The translations under genes were made by a program, and so were the position numbers. A stretch of 63,558 nt of DNA, the filler included, from Cercozoa sp. M6MM (taxonomy: Eukaryota > Protista > Endomyxa: Ascetosporea): NCBI GenBank assembly GCA_040357565.1. It is 11 parts of 11 records of this genome, joined end to end, with 100 filler letters (N's around TTAATTAATTAA, not from the genome) between each part and the next. Parts side by side here need not be neighbours in the genome. Positions count along the whole stretch, not along the records: positions 1 to 18,598 come from JBDODJ010000231.1; 10 more parts are not named here. One strand, given 5' to 3'. Shown piece after piece: positions 1-13,387 of this stretch (positions are counted from its first letter, which is position 1; the number at the start of each line of letters is the position of its first letter). A model generated the notes under the pieces. The model was not told where the DNA came from, searched no databases, and saw only the letters and a program-made list of their open reading frames with translations.

Positions 1-68
<68 letters not shown>

Positions 69-69
69 G

Positions 70-2411
70 CTACATGTTGGCCACGCGGAGCGACGGCAGG
101 TTGAGTGTGCGCTGACGGATGCGCGCGTTGAGCACAGGTGCCTCCATGCGCGGGTTCGTACCGACCAGCAGTACGGCATCGGCCTCGTCGATACTGCTGA
201 TGTCGCCCTACCAGCCACGACGAATGTACATGGACATAAGGACAGGTAAGTACAGGTACCTCGAAAGTGTAGTGCAGTCGGTTGGACGCGTCAAACTCGC
301 CCATCGACGTCGAGAGATGCGTGTTGTCGCTGCCTAGTCGGTTGCACAGGTCCTTGGCCGCCACCTACACATAATACATACAAAAACAAATAACATAAAA
401 ACAAATAACATAAGCAAAAAACACATAGGCCGCACCAGAGTCTCGGCGTCGCACATGTCGCCAGCGACAAAGTGCACGTCCCTGCACACAACAGACAGGT
501 CAATCTACAGTCAGTCGACACTCCGTCCACGCGGAAGGAAAGTCTACTCAGGCTGCGACGCATTGAGAACGTCGGCGCACGCGCGCATGGCATCAAGCCA
601 GTCCGACGGCGCCAGCATGCCCTCACTGTGCCACCCACAGGATTGTTATTTCCCTTTACCCCCCCCCCCCCGGAAAAGCAAGGATACGAGTTGCGCAGCA
701 GCGGCGTGTCGAGTCGCTGGCGACGCAGACCGTCGAGTGCGAAACGCGCCTTGTCACCGAGCCATTCCTGTCAACAGGCAACACTTGGTACTGAGGGAAC
801 TTTAAAACAAGGCAGTTTGCGCACCTCGTTAACTGAGTCGTTGACACGCGGCTTGATTCGCAGCTGCACGGGGGGGGGGGGGGGGGTAAAGTGGTAAGAG
901 GTGTACGGGGTCAAGCTACGATCTGCTGGCCACGCACGTCGACGATAATGTTGCTGCCGACGGCATCGTGCACGTCCACTGCACAAGAACAAACACGTCC
1001 ACACAGCAGACACTGTGTTTGGGGACAACTGTACCCGTCTCCACCGAACGGAGCTCCCACGGACGCGCCTGCATCTGGTATGTCGCCATCGACGTCAGGG
1101 CACCCTGCGTATATGTACAGGTATAGTGCTTAAGCGGGGGGGGGGGGGGTAAAGAGCAAAGTACGACAGGACACAAGTCGATCACGTTGCCGGACAGTTC
1201 GCTGTCGAATTTCGTGTTCACGTAGGTACCTGTGACAACAGATCAAGTATATATATGTATATGTACCCTTTCTCCCTTTCCCATTCATTGATACGGGAAG
1301 ACATACCAATCTCGGCGTCGACACCACGGCCCGTCATACCGAGCACAGGCACACCTACAGCAAGTGATTGATCAATACTCACACTGTAATTTGGAAACAA
1401 AGAGTACCGGCGATCTGGTCGGCGAAACGCACGCAGCGCGTGCACTTGATGCAACGCGTCATGATCATCTTCACCAGCGGACCAATGTACCTGCAGACAC
1501 AGAGTTAGTATAAAAGAGGTATACAAGGACAGTCCAACTGGACACAAGAACAGTACTGGTCCTCGACAGTGACCTTGGCCTCGCGGAAGCGGCCACCAGC
1601 GGCGCCGAACATGCGGTACTGGTCTTGCAGATCGCACTCACCACCCTGTCCAAATCAGAGAGGTAAATCAACATTCTATACCGTACATACGGACATTTAC
1701 ACTACACACAGGGTAAGTACAGAACAGTACCTGGTCACAGATCGGGCAGTCGAGGGGGTGGTTGGCGAGCAGGAACTCCATGACACCCTCGCGCGCCTTC
1801 TTGGCCTTGGGCGAGTCCGTGCGCACCTGCATGGTCTTGCCGCCCGGAGCGAGCGACACCGGGTACGCACACGCGGCAGCAGGAGCCGGCGGGCCGACGA
1901 TCTGTTTCCATCGACACGTTTTCGATTAAAACACACCAACAAAGAGACCACACGTACCTCAACGAGACACATGCGGCAGTTGCCCGACACCGACAGACGC
2001 TCGTGGTAGCAGTAGCGCGGAATGCGAATACCTGCAATGGTATTCTGACAAAAACAACAACATGAAACAAGGCATACCAACACGCTCACAAGCCTGCAAA
2101 ATCGTGATTCCCTCCGGCACTTGGTACTCGGTGCCCTAAGCAAAAACACACAATTTCGCAAAGCTATTGCAACGATCGCATGCAAAAGCAAATGCTACGT
2201 TGATGTTGAGCGGAATCATCTTCTGCTCGGCTTGCGCTGCCGTCACCTGAGAACGCGCAAATTAACACAACAAATTGAAGGACGCACAAGCTCATAGCAG
2301 CGTTTTTCGATCGCGTCGTTGGCGCGAAGAAAACCAAACCAGAAGCAAGAACCGATAACTCACCATGCATCGCACTCCGGCGCGCACCTTGGCTCCACTC
2401 TGCCGCAGCAT
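70..2411 (-). CDS. NDUFS1: NADH:ubiquinone oxidoreductase 75 kDa Fe-S subunit, multi-exon, 3' end truncated at window start
   Basis: Spliced exons give [56 protein letters not shown] and [13 protein letters not shown]. Arg-rich presequence from ATG 2411. GT-AG introns. Confidence 0.97.
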
Positions 2412-2776
2412 GGCCGAGTCTGCACACGACAACAAGCAGGGTGACACATTAAAAAATTACAGTGCACACAATGCAACGAGCTTCTGCATGCAATTGTACC
2501 GTGGTAGAAGCACGCGCGGGACAAGTACTGTGCGTAAGCTCGAACTAGGTTTTGGCGTTTTGGCTCACAGCAAGTCCAGCCGGACAACAGCGGACCGGCG
2601 CACTTTGGCTCTGTGGTCGAGAACAACTCCTGTGGCGCACTAAAGGTGTCATCCAGCGTGGCCGGGGCATGGAATAGCGTGGTTCCTGCAACCTCGCGTC
2701 CAGTGTGTATATTTTCGCCGAGCTTGCGAGCGGTTAACGTCTGGTCCAGCACAGGTGTGCACGTGCACGTGGCAGT

Positions 2777-5394
2777 ATGTCCAGACGCCGTGATGCCTTA
2801 GGCAGGTACAGTGTGCTTGGGGGACTCTTTTTTGTGTAATTTCCACCGTCCAGCTGATTTGTTGTGACTGACTGACTGACTCGCAGATGGCAGATGCGGC
2901 AATGCTTCGGCGGCCAGAGTCCTGACGTTGTCGAAGGTGCTTCCATCAAGTGAGACGGTTTTGTCAGTGTGAAAACTGCGATAATTTAGGCGACCTGGTG
3001 ACTGCCGTTCAGTTTGACCACAATGGCGGTATTTCGCGTTTTTGGTTGTCTGGTGTGTGTGCAGTGTGCACTTGTTTTTTTTTTAAATTATAATATGTTC
3101 TGTTGTGAAAAACAGACTACCTGGCGGTCGGTGACAAGGGCGGCAGAATCTGGATCTACGTACTCTTGCTGCAAGCTGACACTAGAGCAGTCTAATTTGC
3201 TCTGTGTTTGCAGGAGTCGATGGACTGTGATGCTTCAAGCTGCCAACTTGCTGTACATTTTCCGCTTTAAGTGCCCTGTTAGTCCGTGCAGATGGTGTTT
3301 TGCAGGACGAATCGGCCGAAGAAAGACTCGCGGAACGTCGGCGTGGCATTGAATTCCGATTCTATGGGCAGGTAGGCGGGCATTCTTTACTGTAAAATTG
3401 TATGTCAGTAAGGTACGGGTTTGTGCGATAATAGTTCCAGTCGCACGAGGCCGAGTTCGACTACCTTAAGTCACTCGAAATTGAGGAGAAGATCAATATG
3501 ATTCGCTGGTGTCGTCGCACAAACGAGTCGCTCATCCTGCTGGCCACTAACGACAAGGTAGCCAGTCTCCCAGAATGCCCTCTGTGTAAAATACGAGGAC
3601 TCATGCTTCTTGTGCAGACAGTAAAGCTGTGGAAGATTTACGAGAGGAAGGTGCGCGATCCGGAGGTGCTTTCTGTCTATTTTGCTGCAAGTGTAGGTTG
3701 TAGATGTATGTGCCGATAGGGCAATCAAATACCCGACGTCGATGATGATGACTACGACGAGTACTCGCTCGACCAGGTGCGCATCCCGGACCTGTCGGAA
3801 GCGAGTGCCGTGACTGCTGCCACACCAAGGAGGGGTACCATGTGTTCTTTCCCTCCCAATGATCACCGTATCGTTTTTTCTTTTGACTGATAGTGTTTGC
3901 GAACGCACACACGTACAACATCAACTCGGTCTCACTCAACAGCGATGGCGAGACGTTTATTTCGGCCGATGATCTGCGCATCAACATGTGGAGTCTCGAT
4001 CGGTAAAGGGCTCTACAAGCGGGAGGTTGCTCATTGGTTTACAAGCGCTTTGAACAAGCAGGGCAGACTCGTGCTTCAACGTGGTCGATATCAAGCCGCC
4101 CAACATGGAGGTGAATTTACTGTGCCGATGTCCGCCTCTGCCTGTCCATCTGGACCTGTCTGTGCCTGTACGAGCAGGATCTGCAAGAGGTGATCACATC
4201 AGCGACCTTCCACGAGTCGCACTGCCACCAGTTCGCATACGCCACGTCGCGCGGCACTGTGAAACTGTGCGACTTGAGACAGGTTAGTCTGTCCTTTCGT
4301 CACGGTTTATTCTCTTTTACCNNNNNNNNNNNNNNNNNNNNNNNNNNNNNNNNNNNNNNNNNNNNNNNNNNNNNNNNNNNNNNNNNNNNNNNNNNNNNNN
4401 NNNNNNNNNNNNNNNNNNNNNCCAGAGAGCACTTAGTGACGGAAACGCCGACGCTGCACTCACTTTCGAAGCGCCGTATCTTCTTGTTTAAGTTGATTGA
4501 ACTAACTTATCATGTGTGTGTTGTGCCCACAGTGAGGACGCCGGCGATCGCACTTTTTTCACGGAGATTCTCGCGTCCATCTCCGACATCAGTAGGCTAT
4601 TTTAAAGGAGCGTTTTGTCAAGGCGGCAACTACTGGATAAGTTTGCAGGTTTTTCGGGCGAGCACTTCCTCGTGGCACGCGACTACCTGTCCGTCAAGGT
4701 GTGGGATGTGCGCATGCAGCGTACGCCGGTAGCATCGGCCTTTGCTCGTCCCTTTCGCTTTACCCCCCCCCCCCCCCTTCCCCCTTGACAGGTCTCAGTG
4801 ATCCGAGTGCATGAGCACCTTCAAGACCGATTGTACCATGCTCTTTGTTGAGTGTAGTCTGTTATGTGATATTGTGTTATTGATACACCTATATATGAGG
4901 GTAATCTGTGTGTGTGTATGAGGGGTAATCTGTGAGTGTGCTACGCAGGTGCGAGCTGTACGACAACGACAGTATTTTCGACAAGTTCGAAGTGGCGACG
5001 CAGGGCTCACTGGTCGTCACAGGCAGCTACGACGACGCCTTCGTGGTGGCTGACTGGAGCACGGGCGACAAGGTCTCGGTCAAGGCGCAGAGGCACGGAC
5101 ACCGCGTGTCACACTCGGTCACCTCGATGCAGCAGATCGAGGGTATCGAGCCGCTCTCCGACTCGGACGCCGAAGTGCGCAATCCCTCCGACGACGCCTT
5201 CACCAAGAAGACACTCAACGTCGCCTGGCACCCTACTGTCGATGCTGTGGCTGTGGCCTCACTCAAGTACCCCTAGCGTCTACTCTGCATGCGTGTTTGT
5301 GTTGTGTGTATGTGGCTGTCTGTCCTGTAGCAACCTGTTCATCTACCAGTCGCCTGTGGTGGAGGAATACGACCCGCAGCTGCACTCAACGTAA
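2777..5394 (+). CDS. PPP2R2: Protein phosphatase 2A regulatory subunit B (B55/PR55, WD40), 18 exons
   Basis: Hand-spliced through 17 GT-AG introns: [80 protein letters not shown]. Ends at TAA 5394. Confidence 0.97.
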
Positions 5395-5733
5395 CATGCT
5401 CGGCTGTGACGCTGCGTGCGGGTGTATTTAGTTTGCGATACGTTCGTCCGCCTCCGCTCGCATGGTTTCGACAGTCTCGCGGGTTATGCTATATTAGTCT
5501 ACCATAATTGTCGTGCTGCGTGGACGGCGCACCAAGCGGCATATCAGCTTTAAGCGCTTTGTTTTTTTTCTCGTTGATCATAATCATTTTTTCATCTGTA
5601 GATCGCTATAGAGTCTACAGCAATCAAGCCCTGCTGTGTGTGCTGTGTTCACACTTGGCCAAAAGTGCGGTACGAGGTCGCGCTGCGCTGGGCGCACTGG
5701 CGCATCATCTGTTTTTGACTTGGGGAAGAAGTC

Positions 5734-8084
5734 ATGGAAGACGAATTCGTACGAGAGCAGTCGCCGCTGCTCGACATTGAGATCGAGGGTCTGTGCTATA
5801 TTGATGGAGCATGCTTGTTGCTGAACTGATTTTTTCACAGAGAACGCTAGATTCTCTTCTCGTCGCGACTACGAAACAGAACATCGCAGGTTTTTTTCTA
5901 CAGCACTGGACATCGGAGATGTGTTTACCTTTGCGTGTCTGCAAAGTTCAAGAGACCGGGCTCTAGCTTTCATACAGAAGCATGGCCGCAAACTGCTGCT
6001 TTCACCTGCCATATTACTTGTATCTGACATCTTACTGTGCGTATTATTATGGGTGTATGTGGTGCCTATGTGAGTGTGTTGAAACACAGAGCATTTATTT
6101 GCTGTTCTTGCGTCGTGATAAGTATACAATACTGATAGGCTATAGTGTAGCCTGGTAACTCCTCGATCACCTTGCATTGGGAATTGATTATCAGGTACGG
6201 CATGACGGTGTTCCGGCGTTTGTTCTTGCACACGGTGTTGTTGTGGACGCGCTTTCTGGGTGGCTACTTCCGCCTGTCTTCAGTAGCTTCTTTGTACAAA
6301 CAATATCGCGGTGGCTTGTCACTAATGTGTAACATAAAATGTAGGCACTGCACACTGCCTATGACACCGATACGGAGGCCAGGTTGTTCGTGGTAACCAT
6401 GGACTATCGACAGGAGGTGTTGCCTTCCTTCCACCAAGCATCGCCTCTTTCCGAGTGAGTTGTCGCTCTGCCTGTGTGAAAGGCGAAACCTCACTGTGTG
6501 CTTGTGCTGGCAAAGAGTGCAAGAGGAGAACCGTCAAGTGAGCGCTATGGTTGCCGGTTCGAGGACTGCTTTCGCTCGGTACATTGATCGATCGTGTGAG
6601 TACTTTTATGGTATCACAGTTTTTCAGAATGCACGGCTATCTGACGGGCGACTGCGCACGGCCGCACTCGATGTCGTCGGCGCTCCACGAGGCAGGTGTT
6701 GCGTCCGACTTTAATTTTGCTTTCGTCTACGACCAATCCAAGGGGTAGTTGTGCTTGCGTGTGCCCCTGCGTGCGTGCGTGCATGTGTGTATGTGAACGC
6801 ACTTGTGCTGCAGGAACTTGAACAAACTGCGGTGCTTGATTGCAACCATGGAGCCGCTTCTCAAGACGGACGGTACAGAACTTTGCTTGGATATTTCATT
6901 GTTCGATACTAAAGTTTGTCTGCAGTCAAGTGGATCCAATGGGTGGACACCGATATCGTTTTCGCCGACCCAAGCATCGACATGCGTCAGGTGTGTTTCA
7001 AACGATCTTCTTGTCCGAACAAACGACTGAATTATGACTGTGTGCACAAATTGCGCGCAGTACCTTCCCTCGGCTGAGGCAGAGAGGAAAGCCGGTGTGT
7101 ACAAGCACATGGTTATCTCTGCGGATCGACACGGCTTCAAGTACACTCACACAGTATCCCAGTACTCTGATGTTGCATCGACTGAATGTGCAGTCTCGGC
7201 GTTGGGTTCTACAAGGTGTCGGAGTCGACGCTGTCCTTTCTCAGGCAGTGGCTCAAACTCGGTCTCACGGAGCGCTTTGTTCACATGCGGAGGTATGGCA
7301 CATCTGCTAGGGTGATCTGCGTGTGAGGTACCTCCTATATCAACGCTCCGCAGAGATCAGCCGCCGCTGGCATCGATGTGGAACAAGGCTTTGTCAGAGG
7401 AGAACCGTCGCAAGTGTGCTGCCGTTGAAGGCGATCGCTGTCTCAAGGATGAAACGAACTGCACTTGCGTGCCACTTAACGTACTGCCCTGTTGTCATCT
7501 TTTCTCTCTGTGCTTGGTACGAGTGTGCGTGTTTGTTGAAACAGAGACGGAACAAAGACGCTTCGCTCAAGGGATCACTTCGCTTTGTAGAGTACAACGT
7601 CTTTTGCTTTGCTTTCGTTCTTTTAGACTCCATGTGTCTTAGAATGTCTGATAAGGGCGTCGAACTCTCGACCGACGCCGATCGTTTGCCTGGCATTCAA
7701 GTACGATCGTATTTTGCCATTGAAGGCAATTTGTCTCAGTCAATCTTTACTCGGTTGGATTTGTGCTTCCCAGGTGGTCCCGCAGTTTTGGTTTAATTCC
7801 TACGTCGACTTTCGCGTATTTGACGAGGACATGCACGCGCGTTAGTGCGTTTCTTTTCTGCTGACTCTGTTAAAACGTGACAGATTTTCATTTTCTTTTT
7901 GGTGTAGTGTGTTGGGTGACCCGATCGTTCACTTGGCTGGGTAAACCTTTGTTTTATCCTTCCGCTATTCATTTGGTTAGTTGACCCATCGTAATGTTGT
8001 AGTTATGGTGGACGCGTCAAAAACGGCATTCTGCTTGATTATTACTTGAACGACCGCAGGTGGGTGTTGCCGCCACAAAACTAA
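5734..8084 (+). CDS. Glycosyltransferase family 34-like (GMA12/MNN10-type) type II membrane protein
   Basis: N-terminal hydrophobic segment (ILLVSDILLCVLLWVYVV), then KWIQWVDTDIVF (DxD motif), ISADRHGFNLGVGFYKVSESTLSFLRQW, DQPPL, VPQFWFNSY and GDPIVHLAG. Some 5' exon joins are uncertain. Confidence 0.75.
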
Positions 8085-8346
8085 AGACGTGAGCGTACAG
8101 CAGTAGCCGTTCCGACCAACCAGTATGTACATCGTGTCAGTACGTACAGCGCGTGACGCGATCTTTCAGTCACGCACGGCACGTCAGTCGGTTTCGTTTT
8201 CTTCCTTCGCTTCAGTCGACCGAACGGAAACGGCGCTGGCGACTAGCGTCGATTGGTGCGAACGTTAAGCTACACCTCGCCTAGTCATAGGCTTTATGTG
8301 TGTATACATCTACTTCTATGCGTACTTTGCGGCGGAGGAAGTTTAA

Positions 8347-8395
8347 GTCGTTGGCGGGAAAATACTTGCAAGAAACGTCGTTGGCGGGAAAATAC
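8347..8395. promoter_or_regulatory. Duplicated E2F-consensus site (TTTTCCCGCCAA on the minus strand) upstream of the kinesin gene
   Basis: Exact 19-bp direct repeat GTCGTTGGCGGGAAAATAC at 8347-8365 and 8377-8395, about 180 nt before the kinesin ATG. Matches the E2F consensus TTTSSCGC. Confidence 0.45.
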
Positions 8396-8571
8396 AAAAC
8401 TGGATTCCTTCGGTTTTCTGGTCAGGACCAGAGCTAGCCATACCGATAGTAGCTGCTTCAGTCGGTCTTTTGCTTGGTTCAGTGAACCGTGATTTCCCGT
8501 ATTGACATTCTTGAGTTCAAAGCTCTGAGGGTGTAGCATCGAATTTGAAGCGCGGATCTTTTCAAACTGAC

Positions 8572-11072
8572 ATGAGAAAGCGGCAGATCGAGGCAGTGGT
8601 TCGAATACGACCAGGGAGTGGCCAGCGCGCAGTTACCACCGACCTGAACTCACACATTCGATGCAACAAGAAGAGCTACACCTTCGACGGAGTCATTCCT
8701 GAGTCGTGTGACAACGAACACGTCTTTCGAAAGCATGCCCTCCCAGTGATAAACCAGATCTTCAGTGAAGAAGGCATGTCAAGCTCGTTGATTGCATACG
8801 GACAAACCGGATCAGGAAAGAGCTTCACTCTTGGCACGGAAGCAACGTCTGTGAGTGATCTAGCGTGTCTCGAAACAGGAGCTCCGTTCGACGAGAATGT
8901 GGGCATTTCGTCTAGAGCGCTTCGACACATCATCGAGCGAAGTGAAGAGATGATCTCAGAGTTAGAAGGCCAAGTTCACCGGCGACGGTGGACTGCTTCA
9001 GAAATGCAGCAACAGCGAGTCGCTGGTATATTTACAGTACAGTATCGCGAAACTGAAGTCTAAAGCAAACTGTTCACTCCTATTTTGTAGACACCAGCAC
9101 GGTCGCGGAAAGGCGTACCTTTGCGTCGATTGAAACATCAATTCAGGTTCTTGTCTTTGTCGTTGAGTTGCCCCTTGCACACTGTGATATTGGTCTGTTT
9201 CAGTTCGTCGAGCTGTACAACGACCGACTGATCGACTTGTTGCACGAGGACCTTCCCGTGATACCAGCGGGTTCGTGGCGCAACAAACTGGCCGCAGCTT
9301 CTGAGCTTGGTCGAATCCGACTGCGTGACGATCGTAAAGGAACTGTACAGGTGGAAGGCTTGACTCGAATTGTCCCTGAGAACACACACGAGGCGTTGCA
9401 TGCTTTGAAACATGGTAAATCAATCGTAAAATTTGTGAACTGAAGTACATGTGAAAGGAACCTTTGTGCCCTACTGTAGGACTAGCCAGAAGAGCGGTTG
9501 CCTCGACTCTCATGAACTCAAGTTCTTCACGATCGCACACGTTGCTCATTGTAGAGACAACGCAATCCTGGCGCGTACTACGACGATTCGTTTTGGACAG
9601 CAAGCGAGAACCTGCCGAGGAAGGGTAAACAGGAACTCCGATTAGTTTTCGACGTTTTTGCATGTGTTCGAACAGAAGCGAAGATGCAACGTGGACGCCT
9701 GTTGCAATGGACAACGACAATGTAGAGTACGAATTTAGTGAGGCGGTGGAAAGCTATGACGAAGAAGAGCTCCAGGTTCAAACAACAGGTGCGCCCACTC
9801 TCTCTACTGTGCGTTCACCTTTGAATTTCGAGTATTTTTAGGCACCCTCACGATTGTCGATCTGGCTGGCTCAGAGCGACAGAGACAGACCGGCAACAGC
9901 GCCACCAGACTCAAAGAAAGCTCATCGATTAATCGCGCACTGTCAGCACTGTGTTCTACGCTTTCATTCTGTTTGGATGTCTAACTTTTGACATTAACAT
10001 ATATGCAGCGGAAATGTTGTGCGAGAGCTGTCGAAACAAGGCGGAAGAGGACGTCACATTCCGTTCCGAAACTGCAAACTGACGCGCCTACTGCAGGCCT
10101 CTTTGACAGGCAATGCATTGTGCAAGATTTTCTTCTGCGTCTCTCCGTGTATGAGCGATCGGCACGAAACGATGCGCGTTCTCGACTTTGCTTCTCGGTG
10201 CATGCGAGTGAAACCAACCGTGGTTCACGAAAATGCCGTGCAGGTCCAAATCGTCTCGCAGTATCGCGCAACTGCCGCAGTTTCGTCAACGAAACAACAG
10301 GAAGAAGTCGATGCGGATGAAGCCGTTTTACACTCGGCATCATGCGAGTCATCTTGTGTGTCCTCCAGCAGTTCTAGCGCACGCATCCTTGCTCCTGTAC
10401 TCAAAGCCGTGTCAGACAGATACGAAGAACTGCGCAAGGTAAATTTATTCATGGTGTATTGATTTTATCTCTAAGTTGTATTGTTTAACACAGCTAAACA
10501 GCATTCGAACGGCACTGAAGCAAGAAATTGTGGCGCTCAAGCAAAACAGAGGCGGCAGAAAAGGTGCGACGGGGCGAGCAATCCGCGAGCGACAACAGCA
10601 ACTGCGCGAGTGCGACGAACACTTGAAACGCACTGACACTGCCATCTGGGGTTTATTGCAAACCAGCAGTGCTGCCTTGGAACGCACCAACTGGCAGCTT
10701 GCCGAAGAGCAGGAGGTCGCTGCTGCCCGCAAACGTATTGCGCAACTGGAGGCGACACTTCGCGAAATCCGCCAGCAGCAGCTTCCAGCTGGAACGAACA
10801 AAGTGAATGCAACAACAAATCAGTCGGCCACAGCATCGCAGAGGCTTGGAGAACGGCCAACGCAGCTGCAAGAACATGCAAGCGAGCCGGAACGATTAAA
10901 AACCGCGGAATCTACGACTGCCGAGTCGTCACTTTCGAGCACGATCCAAGGACGCATGCGTCCGATTCGTGCTCACTTGCGCGATCTTGTTGAGACGCAG
11001 AAACCTGATGAATTTCGACGCACTACGGCTAGTGCCGACATGTACAAGACTTTCCACAACAACGCCAACTAA
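8572..11072 (+). CDS. Kinesin with N-terminal motor domain and coiled-coil tail (possibly kinesin-4-like)
   Basis: VVRIRP, YTFDGV, AYGQTGSGKSFTLGT (P-loop), FVELYND, MNSSSSRSH, VDLAGSER, HIPFRNCKLTRLLQASL. Confidence 0.93.
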
Positions 11073-11105
11073 CGTCGGATATTACGACATGACAGTAAAT
11101 GTAAA

Positions 11106-13127
11106 TTAACTAATGTCGTCGGTCAATGCACGAAGACACGAGCGGCAGATCCGACGAAATCGGCGCGAAGACCGAGTCGTTCGTGGCATTGGTCCTGTCA
11201 TGTTTGCGTGTTGTGCACCTTTGTTTTCTTGCAGTTGAAATGTGGTTACCTGGAATTTCAGCAGACTGTAGGCGAGGGCACACGCTGCTTCTTGTGGCAG
11301 CACATTCTCCCACCAGGATTTGTCTGCCATAAAATGTGATATACATCCACAAATGATACAAACCACGAAACACACAGCGAACGCACCCGCAAGGAAAGGC
11401 GCAAACAGGCGCAAATTCGCAGGCAACGGCTGGTTTTCAATCGATGCAATCACTCCTTCGGCAAGCAAGTCAGCACACGCGGCCGTTGTCGACATTCCTG
11501 CTTACAAGAAGGAAGCATAGCTTGGTGTCACAACTGGAGATGTCTATGCACTGTACCGTGACCACCAAACGCAGTGCACATCCACACGCCGTCTTTGCAG
11601 CCCACAACAGGCATACGGTGCGGTGCATACGCCATCGTGCCAGCCCACGCCGACTGTGCTTGCATCGAAACAGGCAGTACTTTCTGTGCATCCTTCAGCA
11701 GGGCAGGTGCGATTTCGTTCTGACTAAGCGACCAGAGACTGGCGTCGCATCGTCCACCCCACAGCAACTGCACGAGATCATCGGCTTCTTTCGACATGTC
11801 AACAGGATAGCCTTGTTCATCGATCACACGATAGTAATCACAGGCGAATCTTGTGTCGGTCACACACGCTCCTGTGCGCAGATGCTGCCGTCTAAGCAGG
11901 CGCAAGTCAGCATAAAACAAACCCCTTCTGTCAAAGAGAAACGCTTTTGTACAGCAGCTCACGTGGCATGGGATCGCTGCACATCATGTAGGTGCGCACT
12001 CTCAAAGAGGTGTCCCACGGACCTCTTGCCAACACCACTTGTCCTGCTTCGATTGTTGCGGATTCGACACTTCCCTCCTGTACACTCCAAGGTTACTAGG
12101 TTGGTCAAAACTAGCGACTGAAAGAAGAGTCTTACTGACTGAACTATGACTTGAAAACTGCCGTTCTTGCGGCGCACCTCTTGCACTTCTGTATGCTCGT
12201 ATACTGTAGCTTGCTTCCTGGCAAAAACGACAGAAGCTTATAGCACAACAAACACTCAAAAGAACTCATATAAACGGAAAAAGTAAATTACAGCAAGCGC
12301 AACATAACCAGACTGTACTTGAGAGGATTCAAACTGAACGCCGATTCGTCCCAAACGGCACCACCATTGTACTTTGGCGAAGAGACCAGAACTTCACGTT
12401 CTTCAGGACTCAAAAGGCGAAAACCAGCGTCCAAAACCTCGTTCAACTCGTCAAGCTCTTCAGCTATTTCACAAATAAGATAACTCAAACCAACAAACAC
12501 AACGAAAAAAGCAATGTACCAAGGTCCTCTCCAAACCAGTCACAAGTCAGCATGCCATACGCTCCTATCGCTCGCGAATCGACTTCGTTTATGCGTCTCC
12601 GCACAGTGTCCATCCCTTGTTTCGTGAGATCAAACAACGCTCGAGCATTCTCGGCGCCAGCTGCTTGAATCTAAAGACAGCATTCCTCGGTGTGGCTTGT
12701 ATATGAACAACTAATACTTACCAATCCATCTTCACCTGCGGCAAAGCCTGTGTGCACAAAGCCGCCATTTCTTCCGCTGTTTCAAACGGTTCTTTATATC
12801 AACCGAACTGAACTCAACCCAGTCAAAGTTAAGTCGGAAACTGGGTACCTGCAATTGCTCGCTACCTCTGATTTTTCCAAAACAACTACGTTAAGTGACG
12901 GACGCTTCTCGAGCAGTGACAAAGCAGTGCTCAAGCCTGCGAGACCGGCTCCGACAACAACCTAAGTCCGCATAAATATCAAGCTGTGTAAAGACAGCAA
13001 AACCGACCACATCTGCATGCTGGGCTTTCGTGTCATGCCTGAGACGATCTACACCACGAAAGCTACCCCCGCGAGTTCGAAGAAGGTCTTGCTCCGATGT
13101 ATCTAGATTCTGGGCGTAGGCTGTCAT
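11106..13127 (-). CDS. FAD-dependent oxidoreductase, DAO family (PuuB/OrdL-like); 3' end approximate
   Basis: VVGAGLAGLSTALSL (Rossmann GxGxxG), VVLEK, SGRNGGFVHTGF, LNPLKY, DYYR, LLWGG, WAGTMAYAPHRMPVVG, AFGGHG. Confidence 0.85.
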
Positions 13128-13387
13128 TTCCGCGCGAAACTCGGTGGTCATCGTGATCGCTCGAAGACAGCGTTTGGGGTTTCGAATTCCCCTAGGACTC
13201 AGCTTGATCAACATCAACCACTTTTAGCACACACAAGCACAGCGTGGGACTAGCAACGTCGTTTGTATTTTGCTCAAACAATAGCCATCGTCGAGCTGTT
13301 CCAGTTTCAAGTTCATAGTTAGCACGTAAGCGACGAGCAGCGCTCGCCAGGTGTGCAGTGCACAACGTGGCACTGATTTTTCAGGGC

